The translations under genes were made by a program, and so were the position numbers. A stretch of 62,212 nucleotides of DNA, counting the filler, from Jimgerdemannia flammicorona (taxonomy: Eukaryota): the NCBI GenBank assembly GCA_003990765.1. It is 3 parts of 3 records of this genome, joined end to end, with 100 filler letters (N's around TTAATTAATTAA, not from the genome) between each part and the next. Parts side by side here need not be neighbours in the genome. Positions count along the whole stretch, not along the records: positions 1 to 20,674 come from RBNJ01001617.1; 2 more parts are not named here. One strand, 5' to 3'. Below, piece after piece: positions 1 to 12,200 of the stretch. The notes beneath the pieces are model-generated. The model was not told where the DNA came from and did no database searches. It saw nothing but the letters and a program-made list of their open reading frames with translations. Position 1 is the first letter of the stretch. Every line of letters starts with the position of its first letter.

Positions 1-1444
1 AAGTGGGACATGTGTCGAGGATGTTCTATTCGAAAATTGCAAGCAATTGCAGGAGGAGTCGCTCCTACATTCGTGGATAATTGACCTTGATGATAACGAA
101 GTAGAGAGGATGTTCAGCAAGGAGGACTGGGCTGAAATCGCGCGTGGGATGAAGAGACTTCCTCAGGTCGACGAGAAGTTTGCCAAGTCTATAGTGCGAT
201 TCGCCGAAGTAAGTTAACTATATTCCACCATTTTTCTCTCCTTGTCCGATCGATACAAAACTCAATATTATTGCCGGATTCAGGTGACCACGACCACCCA
301 ATTGAGAGAAATCCTCGAAATGACGTCGTTCAAAAAGAAGGATGAACGGTATTACCGTCAACTCCATTACGACGCAGAGTGGGCCGATCTTGTAATGTGG
401 AAGTTGTGAGTATGAACTTTCGTCAGTAACTCTATCATAAAGCTTTGATAATTGATATACTTACCTATTGGTCTATCATCAAGCTTACGGAATTTGAAGA
501 TCCCAACAACGCATTATGTAAAAATCACCTCGAGGGATGGTACGATGCCAATGTATGGTCTTTCATAGTGGATCATAGTCTACGGAGCATAGCGGGAATG
601 GAAATTATTAGGTACTGTCTTCTTTGTCATCATTGCATCTGTATATATTATTATTTTCCAATGCATTTTTACTTTTTTCCAGAAAGGAATCAACGACAGT
701 GGCATCAACAGCTAGGAAAAACCGAAAGAGAACGAATGGTCAACGTACAAAAATGGGACATCACTCAGATGGCTTGTTCGAGCGTACGTTAACAACATCG
801 AGTATGGTGCGATTGAAGTCTCCAGAGACTTTAAAGGAATTACGGGAACGAAGATGCTCATAAGCTAGTGAAAACACTGCATGATATGCTTGTCCGGCTC
901 TGCGAGTTTGTTCATTTCGAGGAAGGAAAGACGAGGCAATTGCAAGTAGTTGGGCTTTTGCATGCTGGTAAGTAAAACAATTGATTCTGCATGAAGGGTT
1001 ACTACTTAGGAAACTGAGTGGGTTTAAATTGCAGGACTGAAGCTGCAGGTTCTACGGATCGGCAGCCCCAAAGGATACGTGTCAGTTTTCAAACGCGAAG
1101 CTCTGAATGAAGTGCCTGTCGAGGTCGAGAAGCTGAAAGACCTGATCAAGTTGTTGGCCAGTGTATGGCAAATGAAGGTATGATTTATTTTTTTATTTTT
1201 CTATTGTGAGCACTATCCCATGTGATATGATGAGATCCTTTGGCTTTATACTTATTGCCTTCATGTTAAAAATCAGAAAATGATTATGGATTGTGTATTG
1301 ATCGTGAACAATCCGTCAAGTCAATTCGCAGAGGAATTTCTTGATGAAGTTATTAACAATGGGATGAAGACTCCACCATCAACCATCGCGTTACCATGGT
1401 CGCTGGATACTCCTACGAAATTTTCTATACAGAAAGCGAAGTAG
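1..1444 (+). pseudogene. 5'-partial multi-exon gene of an early-diverging-fungal hypothetical family with a predicted restriction-endonuclease-like (PD-(D/E)xK) fold; frameshifted
   Basis: Spliced over five GT-AG introns it reads SGTCVEDVLF..LHSWIIDLDD..EGWYDANVW..ESTTVASTARKN..MGHHSDGLF/RAYVNNIEYGAIEVS..KLVKTLHDML..LQVVGLLHAG..TAG at 1442-1444. Two frame changes are needed, near 780 and near 852. Confidence 0.6.
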
Positions 1445-1612
1445 AGCTGCCTTTTGACGATTGATAATAATTGCAGCCAATTCCAATAAATAACAATGCA
1501 TGCCACATATCCTCTTAAACATGTCTTAAGGACTCGGCTCGACTAGCAGTGGCTTAGCCACAAATTAAAGCAAAGACGAAACCCGGAATAATAAAGGTGC
1601 CAAGGCACTGTG

Positions 1613-1646
<34 letters not shown>

Positions 1647-1798
1647 TATATATACGCTTACGTGTTGCCAAGGTCTGTTATCCGATAATGTTGATCGCCT
1701 TAATAAACTTCGCGGACATATGACCGCCTTCCTAAACGGAATTACGCCCGCCCTGTGAAACTAAAACATTGACCCCTTTTGTCCCTCACTATATTTTT

Positions 1799-2401
1799 TC
1801 ATTTGTTACCGAAAGGTGCAGGAGCTGAAGTCAACACATCCACATCCAGAAAAAGGTGTTGCATAATTTGCAACGTCAGCAGTGTATCAACTGCTGTTGC
1901 ATCTGCATCACCACGCGGCCTTAATTTGATCTTGTGCAACAAGCCCCTGTGAGAGGAAGTTTAGAAAAACAATTGTTTTTGATAAGATAAAGATGCGGTT
2001 CTGAATGCCTACCAGGGATGTAGACGATTCATTCCAAGAGGAATACGTAGATGCCACCTAGTGTACCTGGGTGGTGCAAGCGATTATGAGCTCGGAATGG
2101 CAACTTATGAGCAGGCGATGTTTTTCAAATGATTACACTTACTCAACATGCCTCCTACGGACGCCAGGGCGGATAGCATGGTCACAGACCTGTCCCGATA
2201 ACTTTGTGAATTATTATGATACGCCAGATTGTTGGTAGGTCTATGAAGGCAAAACTTGAATGACCTACCTGACCAGCCTGTTACTCCGTTTCAAATAGTC
2301 GGGCGTAATTGTAATTGTGCTGATACCATCATAATTTCCAGGTAGTCCTGGGTAGTAAATTCCAACAAAGTAATGGTGTCTCGTGGGATGAAAGGCATTC
2401 C
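1799..2401 (-). pseudogene. 3' relic of a membrane-protein gene (hydrophobic GG-containing helix followed by PWG)
   Basis: Four short exons with GT-AG introns read ..GISTITITPDYLKRSNRLVR|SVTMLSALASVGGML|STLGGIYVFL(fs)GMNRLHPW|GLLHKIK..QHLFLDVDVL..TGA. There is one frameshift and no recognisable 5' part. Confidence 0.45.
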
Positions 2402-2728
2402 CTATTTGAATGATATATATGTATGTTATAGCAGAGTAGGGTTTTAGTAAACGTGCTTATTCATAACTAATTATAAATAAACTCAATAGTTCTACTTGTT
2501 ATAGGTGATTATTATCCGACAGATTTTAATTCTCTGGATAACGAACAAATTTAATTTTTGTTCATTCAGCAATGAGTAATCATCGCTCAACTGGAAATTG
2601 TAACTGAATTATTGGCTTTATTTCCCAGCATTCACATCATCTCCCAACACACTATGTCATTTTTTTTTTAAAAAAAAAAAAAAGAAAATGTATTAGAAAC
2701 GACTGTTTCCTCCATAAATATCACATAT

Positions 2729-3221
2729 TTACTGTTTTACAAAAATCAAATAAATCGCGTGCACAATAGGCAAGTGCTTGATTGTTCCTGTCGCCTCTTC
2801 ATCCAACACGCATCCCTCTCCCATAGCGTCCTCCTTCGTCAACACTTTTTTACGATCCTTCTGGTACCCCTCCGGCACGGCCGTGACCATCTCTCTGAGC
2901 TTCAGCAGCCCCTCGCCGATCTCACGGTTGATATCCTCGAGAACCAGCAGGCCCAGCGGCCACAACCTACCGTCCTCCCCGCGCACATCCTGCGTGCCAA
3001 CGACAAACATGCCCGACGTGGGTAGCAGCGCGGCAGCCTCGTGCGCAATCTGAATAATCGTGGTCCGGTACAGCGGGACCTGTCGAGACTCGAGCGCGGT
3101 GTTCGGGACATGCGGGACCAGGCGCAGCGACGTCGGTGCCGGCCAGGGGAGCGGTGGCTTGGAGATCATGTGTTGGTGATGACTCACGTCGTCTGAGTCT
3201 TCGCTCAACTCAGATATTAGG
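2729..3221 (-). other. C-terminal degenerate second methyltransferase-like domain
   Basis: AHEAAALLPTSGMFVVGTQDVR..LWPLGLLVLEDI..LKLREMVTAV..IVHAIYLIFVK parallels ESWRLLKMGRRLTLGIGDNR..IPVSFQMM..FELEELVVK..FTHEFIATFKK of the first domain. No PPY motif is present (VPHVP is the likely equivalent). Confidence 0.6.
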
Positions 3222-4419
3222 CCCTGCGAATGCAGTGGAGGTGGCAGCGGTAGGCAGTTTGCGCGTGCACTACTCGGCCACGGAACGTTGGATGGTGAAA
3301 GTGATGTATCAATAAAAGCCACTTACCAAAGCGAGCAGCGTTCGGTTGTTCTCCTGGATACGTTTGAGTCGGAGTTTCTCGTACTCCGACAATGGCTCCT
3401 CGTCGTTCGCGACAATAATGTGACTCCCTAGAAAGAATAGGTGATTCATTATGACAAACTTTCACATCGCTACAATATCACTCACGTTATTCGATCATAC
3501 CAACCTCTTTCCTCCCCCTGCTGATCCTCGATCGTATCACCAGGATGCTACAAAACGCGTAAATAGGACGGTCACGGCGACGAAGATCAAAGTCACCCAT
3601 GATAACGTAACGCATTGCACAGTGTCGCTCAATTGATAAGCCAAACTATCACGGGACCCACCTCCTTTGACATAAACTCCAGCCGGACCTCCTCCCAGTT
3701 TGCATCGTCTTTTCCGAACCGTTCCACCATACGCGATACGCACAAGTCCGCAAAACTGTGCTCCCGTGTCGGCTTGAAGACCCATACGGTGCCCATCACA
3801 ACGCTTTTACGCGCGATCGGGCACTGCGGAATCGCCCGGCGGACGTACGTTAGCTTAACGTGGGAGTCGCACGGCACGTCGTCTGGATTGTTTGTTGGGA
3901 AAGGTTCAAAAAAGATGAATCGGACTACTATAACCACGAGAATTTAGGGGCAATCTTTCGCGCATACCTTGGAGTAGGAGGCAATCGTGGCCCTCCCTCT
4001 TTACTTTTTTGAATGTGGCAATAAATTCGTGCGTAAAGCACAGAAAATCAAATTGTACACAAAGGTACGTGCCGAGACCAAAAGCAGAACAATACCGTTG
4101 ACGTTTGACCACCTGTTACAATCAAATAAATGTCCAGTGTCATATGGTGCACTCATTCGTAGCAAGGAATACGAATTCATGTCCCATTATGGAATATTTT
4201 GGACTCCCAACTTACCAACTCCTCCAGCTCGAATCCGCAGTCAATGTACTGTCGCATCATTTGGAAGCTGACGGGGATGTAGAAGCAGTGCTCGCGGTTG
4301 TCGCCGATTCCAAGCGTCAAGCGACGACCCATCTTCAGTAGCCTGTACGAAGTGATAATTCGTCGTGAGCCTACATGGGGTACTTTGCGCAAGCGCGTTC
4401 ATTCATTTATTTATTTACT

Positions 4420-4469
<50 letters not shown>

Positions 4470-6168
4470 ACGCACCTCCATGATTCATTCACGACCTTGG
4501 TCATTTCCCTTTCGAATTCTTCAACGGTCGGGAATCTTTAAGAAATAGCGCTACCATCAATAAATGATCACACAAGCGGCATTGCATGACCTTCTCAAAC
4601 GTTTTCACATCGCATACCTCGATAAATCTCCATCAATATGTGTTGAATACGCAACGCAGTCCTTGTATGGAGGGTGCGACAGGATATGATCGTAGGACTC
4701 GTCCTCAAAGAGCGAGCCGGAGAGGTTACGCGAGTCAGCTTGAACGATGATGGGACGATGCTCGGCTGTTGCGAAACCCGGTGGGGTGGCGAAGGAGCAG
4801 TTGCGTTGGGAGAGAGCAACGGCCGCCTGGATCAAAGTTGGAAGGCAGAGTCAGTGCAGGAAGCAGGTGATCATAAGTTTGAATACAACGAAAAGTGTGC
4901 AAATGACTTACAGGATTGATGTCGACGCCGCAGCACCTGGACGGAGAACAAAGTGTAATGATTAGGTATGCTATAAATATATAATGGAGTCAACCTGAGC
5001 GGATAATAAGTTATCAACATGTCTCACCTGCGTTGCAATAAGAAAGACTCGATCGCATCCGTGCCTATGTTCAAAGAACATGACATCGTTACATGACATT
5101 GTTAACTAGCGTCGAAGCGCATGATATTTGTCGCATTCTTGACTACATATCACATATTCTACCTCTTCCCAAGAAATTGGATAGAACCCTTTCATGCTTC
5201 CGGGTAAAGCGCAAGATTGCTCTGTGCGAGTATCGTTGAAGTAATCGGTATCAGGGCTATTGCGTCATACTACGGGTCGAAGGAATAAATGGCACAGAAC
5301 TATACGTTTGTCCATAAAACTTACCGTCGAACAGTTTGCGGTAGCCACGTTCCTACGGGATGGGAACAACACGAACGTTAGTTGAATCGGTAATTCGCCA
5401 AAATTTGCATTACATCCTACATTTCCATATAGACCTACCATGATAGTCCGTCCCCGAATGCGTCGCCCACCTGGGTGCTCTTCCCGGTATATCAAAATAG
5501 GACGAATCAAACGCCAACGAAAACAGCTGGTGATCCCCTGGCTCGTACGAGGTAAGATACAAGGCGTCCGAACGGGTATCGTCGAACTTGTTGGCAGAAC
5601 ATGAAGTTCGAGTTAGGTATGGCTGGTGCGTGTAGTCCTCAATGGAGGCTGCGTACTTGTCTGCCGAGTTGGCGTCCAGTACCAGAGGGGCCTTTTTCGG
5701 CTCGTCGCTCTGGGCCAAATCGAGGGAGGTGCGTTCAAAACAACCTTCACACATAAGAACGCCATTATACCCTATATTGAAAATTACGGATCGTTGGCGT
5801 CATAGATAAGCTATACCGTTATGTTTTTTTTTTTTTTTTATTTTTTTTACGCAATTGTAACATACCTTTCCTCCATCGATCTGATGATTCCGTCCAGCAA
5901 TATGAACAGTAAAGCTTGTTTTTCCGACGCCCCTTAGGGAACAATAGAGGCTTGCGGGTAACTTGAATGATATGTTATGCATATTAACTTTCGAATGATA
6001 CTGAATCTTGTCGAACATGACCATATATATTTTGTATATACCTGTGGCATTGACTTCCTGCTTTGCACGAGCCGCTTCCGCTTTCTTCTCAGCCTCCATT
6101 TCTTTGATGATGGCGACAGCTGGCAAAAGAAAAGAATTAGAACACCGGATTGTCGGCAATATAAAACG

Positions 6169-6209
<41 letters not shown>

Positions 6210-6210
6210 A

Positions 6211-6271
<61 letters not shown>

Positions 6272-9200
6272 CGTACAAGTTTCTTCGAAGAAGTCTCGAT
6301 CATGTTCATGATCTTCCGGAAACTTGTTCTCGAAGCACTGAAAGTTGCAAAATGTCAGCGGGTGTCAGCAGTGTGTTTATTCGATCGAAAGTACAACGTT
6401 AAAATAATTCTCGACAATATACTGACATCCGGACACAAGTCAAACGTCGAGAAATAGCGTTCGCTGCAAGGTATGCACGAATGCCACAACTCCTCTTGCA
6501 ACGATTTGGAACATCCGTCGCATCTGAAGACGTTTTCATAGACCTCTGAAGAAGAGAGCAAGTGAGTTCAATGTTGGGCATTAATATATATCGAAAAGGT
6601 CAAAAATCCACACCTTTCTTTTTGAAGAGCGCTTCGTGTGTCGGACACCAGAATATGACACCGTTCTGGAAGTATAAAACGGGTTTTTGCGTGCATGGTA
6701 GATGAAAACTCCTTGAACATTTAGGATCGAAACATCCAACCGTAGCACCTTTTTCTTTACAGTAAGCGCATTTCTGCATCAACAATTAGTATGGCAATGA
6801 TGGTTAGATATCAAGTCCGATGAGTATCAAAGCACAGCATGCCGAAAGTTTGGCAAAATAATTTCTCACCATTCCCCTGCCTCGTCTCAACGCCGCTGTC
6901 ACGTTATACCATTCGTCCTCCTTAGTCACGAACACTTCGGGCGAATACCTAGCGCACGCATCATGCACCCAGAACGACCGCTTTTTCTCTTCGCCCCTCC
7001 GATTCATGGTGGCGATTACAAATGGTCCAATGAAACCGCCATACTGGCCCGAGGTATCGTCGTCGTTACAGAACGAACAGATTTTGCGCTTTGACCACCG
7101 CTTCAGGTAGGCATACCCTTTGTCGCTGTCGAGCGGCATATCTGCTCGCAAGAGCTCTTGGTCTTCTGTATCTGACTGGTAATCAACATCAACGACGTCC
7201 TTCTCGTATGTGGAGACCAGCTCGCCTTTCACTGGTACGGGACCTAGTTCATCGGTGTTCATAATTGATTGCACAGCGAAACTGGACCGTGGATGATGAT
7301 GGTATTCTGGGAATTGGTGAGAGAAGCACCTATATCGATAAGGTTCATTTGAGTGTCTATGCACAAGAGTGGACCATGGTTCCCTGGCATATTCGATGAT
7401 TAGATTTCGATGACATGCTTACCAAAGACAAAGTTCGAAACTTTGATAATCGGATCCCTCGGATGGCACCTCGCAATAAGTGCAATAGTAGCGGAATTGC
7501 TTGATCATTATGTGGCATTGGTTGCAATAGACCTGCCAATTCGCACTTTCTGTGAAAATAAATGAGTCGATTTGATGGTAGTTTGGTAAAATTAATCGCG
7601 GTATGAAATTGATCTTCGACGATGGATTAAAGATAAACTTTTATATTCATTACCTTCCCACTCTACACCCTCCATATCTTCTCTAAAGTATTCTGCTTCC
7701 GGCTCCACAGCTTCAACCGAATCCTGGCATTGAGATGGACTCTGCCGTTGCCGCTTTTTACCTTGATATTGTTGTGTCGCCTCCATTTCCTCCTCTTCTT
7801 CCCCTTCTTCCAGCTCCCCGATGCGCAACCTCTCACTGTTGATATCCATCCATTCATCAAAGTACTGTGGATAACCTTCATAATGGACCAACACGCGGTA
7901 CCCCCGGACCGCGACGACCGTCGCGGCAAGCCATTCCTTGTTTCGATCGCGAGCCTCGAGATGCGAACCGGGCCGCAGCCTAGCTCGGAGCTCGTTTGGA
8001 TTCCGCGGCGCGTCCCGTGGTTCCGATCGGTCACATCCGAGGCGCCTCAAGCTCCGGCGCAGATTCTGCTCCCGCTCCACCCAGTCATCCGGCTCCAAAT
8101 TGGAATCAGGCTCCTTCTCCGTGACCACTTCGTCTGGGATTTCTTCACGTCTTTGTCGCTTTTCGGCTCTCTCCGGTTTGGATGTCTTGGAGGTGAGTGC
8201 GTCGCTACGTTCACGCCTTCGCCGCTTCCCAGGCCTCGAGATTGGGAGCCATTCTTCGTCCTTCGTCTGCGGCTGCTCGATTTCCTCGCGGCACACGCCA
8301 TCTTCGAGATCCGCCTCGCTTGTCACCTTAATCCTTCGACTTCCCTCTGGAATCCATTCGTCGAAGAACGCGTCCACGCCGCAGTAGTGGATCCGCACCC
8401 TTCCGTTCTCAAGCGCGACCAGCCGTGCCTCGTACCATTTCTTATCCAGGTTCAGGACTTTGATGTGCTGATTGAATTCGTAGCCGTAAAGGTTCAACCC
8501 AAACCCGCTTGGGCCAGATAGTTGCCGCAAGGCGCGACGTGTCATGAAGGCGCCAGTCGTCCGATAACTCGAAGCCTCGACCGAGGATGACTGCGCCGTG
8601 GTATCATTGTCCATCTCGAAGTTGGATTTATTTCTGGACGACGTTTCCTGCCGTCGCCGGCCACCCGTTTGCTCGTGTCCCGACACGCTTTGGAGAGACA
8701 TCTGCGGTCTCCGCCGTCTCAGAAAACGTTCGTTCGTCTGCTTGGGTGCCGTTTCCGCTGACTCCGGCTCCGCCGGCCCAGGCTCCGCCGACTCAGGTTC
8801 TATATGGTGCTGCTGCTTTCTCCTCAACTTCGCTTCGTTCTCGAACTCCGGATTCTCTTCCACTTCGAACAGATACCCTAACCGCGAAGATTTCGGCGCT
8901 TGGATCGGCACATCGTTCGACAATACCCTCAACCTCCTGCTCCCCATCATAATCCACTGGTCGTATATGTCCTTCTTGTAACCCTTGAAATGTACCCGAA
9001 CCTTGCTTTGCCGCATCTCCGTCAGCTTGCCCTCGTCCCACTTGCCGTCCAGCGCGAGTACGGCCACCTGCGTGCCGTATCGGTAGCCGTACGGGTTCGG
9101 TTCGAAACCGAACGCGTCCGCCAGCTTGCGCACCGTGCTGCGCGTGAGGAAGGCGCCCGTCGTGAAATAGTCGAAGGATTGGGCATCTTGTATCGCATAT

Positions 9201-12200
9201 CTCTCGGAAGATTGAGACTGGGATAATGCTGTTACTTGTTGATTTGGTACAGGGCTGTACTTCGTTGGAGCGAGCTTTTTATGGGAGAATTTGTGACTTG
9301 ATGCGACCGTGGGCAAACAGTCGGATATTTGTTCATCACTGATTTCTTTCATCGTCGACGTTTCTGAAGATTCAGGTTCGACTGGCGTCAAGGTTTCTTC
9401 ATGCGGCATGGCAGTATCATTGGTCGGTTCGATCGATTTCCTGGGTGCGTACTTCCTATTCGTGGCGCGACGCTGTTCCCGCTGCAGATAATTCCATTGC
9501 CGATCGCTATTCGAATCGAAATCGTAAGCATCGCCCAACATACGGACCGTGCTGCGCGTGAGGAACGCGCCAGTGGTATAGTAATCAGGTACCTGTGGAT
9601 CATACGTCGTGTCTCTTGAGCTCGTAGCCTCCGACAGTTGATGGTGAAGGAACGCAGTGGTTTGTTGATGGGGTGCCGGGGTATACCTAATATTACTAAT
9701 GAATTTCCGGTGCGCGGATTTCCTTCTCGCGGCAGAACGTTCCGCCTGCGTCGCGGCATCCAGTGAATTTGGGAATTGTTCTGGCACGCTTTCTACAGGC
9801 GATATGGGCTCGATCTCCGTCGATTCGCTCGTGGACTGCGCGGATTTCCGTCTTGTAGCGAAACGATGTTCCGCGTGTACCGCAGGTTCTAAAATGTCCG
9901 AAAATTGTTCAGGTATCCTTTTTGTTGGTCTACGTTGCTCGGTACCGACCTTTGCCCAGTGCACATGTTCCCCTTTGCGGTGCACATGTTCGCCTTTGCG
10001 GTGCACATGTTCGCCTTTGCGGTGCGCATGTTTGCCTTTGCGGTGCACATGTTCGCCTTTGCGGTGCACATGTTCGCCTTTGCGGTGTACATGTTCGCCT
10101 TTGCGGTGCACATGTTCGCCTTTGTGGTGCACATGTTCGCCTTTGCGGTGCACATGTTTCGCATACGTTCGCTTGGGGGGACATTGTTCCGCCCGCGGCG
10201 TGATATCTAAATTGTCCGATGATTGTTCCTTCATCAATTCCGGAATCCCTTCGCGCTGCTCCAAACCGATGTCGGTCAATTCACTCGGGTTGGAGGGCAC
10301 GTCTTGGTTCATGTTGCTGATTGAAGTATCACATTGCGCGGGCTGCTCGTTCTCAGCTTCGAGATTCCCATGCTCGGCACTATCCAATATCTGCCCATCT
10401 GCCTCGACCTGACACTCATCACCCTTCCCGAACCCATTGATCGTCGGCACAAGCTGACCGAAACAATTCCCACATAACTCCACAACGTCCCAAGGACTAC
10501 GATCCAACGAGAAGCAGGTCTCAGCACACTCCTCGCAAAGAAAAAGATCTCCGGCCAATGCCGCTGCAGTCTGCTCCTCTGCAACCATCCCCGCCTCCTC
10601 CATCGACCCTTGTAGCCCCACCTCCTCGGTGTCGGGAGTGTCAACCGAATCCTCCGGCGTCCAAGACGCTAGCCGAGGGTCTCTCCTAGTCGCGATCAGA
10701 CCCAGCTCGACCCAGGGGCCCAGCACGTCGTCGTCGGACTGTAGAGAGCTCGCATCGTCGTCCCAGTCGCTGTCTGAGTCCGACAACGAAGTGACGGAGC
10801 TGGCCTCGGATTCGCTCTCGGCGTCATCGTCGGCAGGCTCTGACGCCACGCGGCTAGTCGTCGAGGAGGTGGAAGTTGCGTTGATGCCGTTCGTTGCCGG
10901 AAAGTGGATATCCATATCCATCTCGTGCTCGGACTCGCTGAGATCCCCTGCGTCGCTCAGCTCCGACAGATTTTCGTAGAGGTCAGAGAAGTCGCGGCTG
11001 GGCGCAGCTGCTTTCGAGGTGTCGTCGGCTTTGGTCGCGTCGTACTGGCGGGAGTTCTGATGGGCCGGCGCGGTTTCTGACAGGTCCTTCTCGCTCACTA
11101 TCTCCCGCACGCCGATCTTGAATTTGATGTTTTTGCTTGAGTTTGCGATTACATCGTCCTGCACAAACGAGAATGAAGAAGGATAAGAGTTTATCACGAT
11201 GCAGGTCATCCAAGTCTTTGTCCTAGAAATTCGATCAATCTTACCATTGTTCTCGTAGCCTGCTCGACACCTTTGCCAAAAGGACCGGCTTCTTTGGGTT
11301 GCAACACGTCGATCGACTTCGCCGCATCATCGTGGGCTACTTGGATCTCGGCGCGAGGAACATAGTTCTCGGGCATCACGTCCCACCGCCTAGACCTTTT
11401 GCGTCCCTTGTCTAAATTGTTCGGACCAGTCTTCTGATTGTCCAGTTCGACACTGCTCGTGAATGCGAAAATGGGTATCTCCAGTCGAGTTTCCACCTTC
11501 ACGCTCGATTCCACCGGCTTCACCATCGACTCGATAGTGGGTATCTCAGGCTTGAACGCCACCTCCGTCACACTAGACTCCGTCGGCGCCACGCTTGTCT
11601 CCATCGGGACCATCATCGTTTCGCCTTCCACCTTCGCCACGCTCGCCTCAGCCGGCGTCTGGTCCTTCTTCCCAGCCAACGCGTCCTCCGCCTCGTCGTC
11701 ATCGACCGCCAGCACGTTTCGTCGTCGGGCAAGCCGCAGGTTCGGCGACATTACCGGAAGACGCATGGGTGCTGCTGCTGCCTTCTCCTGCACGGTCTTA
11801 AACGCTTCCTTCTGGCCGTCAGTCCGGATACGCAGCCGAATCTCGATGTTCTTCGGACGTCCAATCGCTTGCTTCGGCTTAATTACGAACGAAGGCTTGG
11901 GAGCCGACGTTATCGTGACTGGCGTTGTCGTAGCCGGCGTTGTCGTAGCCGACGTTGTCGTGGCCGACGTTGTCATGGCCGGCATTGTCGTGGCCGGCGT
12001 TGTCGTGACCAGCGTTGTTATGGTCGGCATCGTCATGTTCGGCGTCGTCGTAGCCGGTGTCACCGAGGCTTTTGCGTCCCCGTTGCTTCCCTTCGGCGCC
12101 GTCGCATTTTTTACATCCCCACCATTTCCCTTGGTGGTCTCCCTCTTGCTAGCAACTACAGCCTTATTCGTCGCGGTCATTTTCGTCGCCGGCGCCGGGG

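Noticed and set aside
5800..6402. Poly-Phe / poly-Lys ORFs
   Set aside because: These are translations of the intronic A/T homopolymer, not proteins.
9959..10158. Possible CRISPR-like array
   Set aside because: The units are head-to-tail with no unique spacers, lie in a eukaryotic exon and are in frame.
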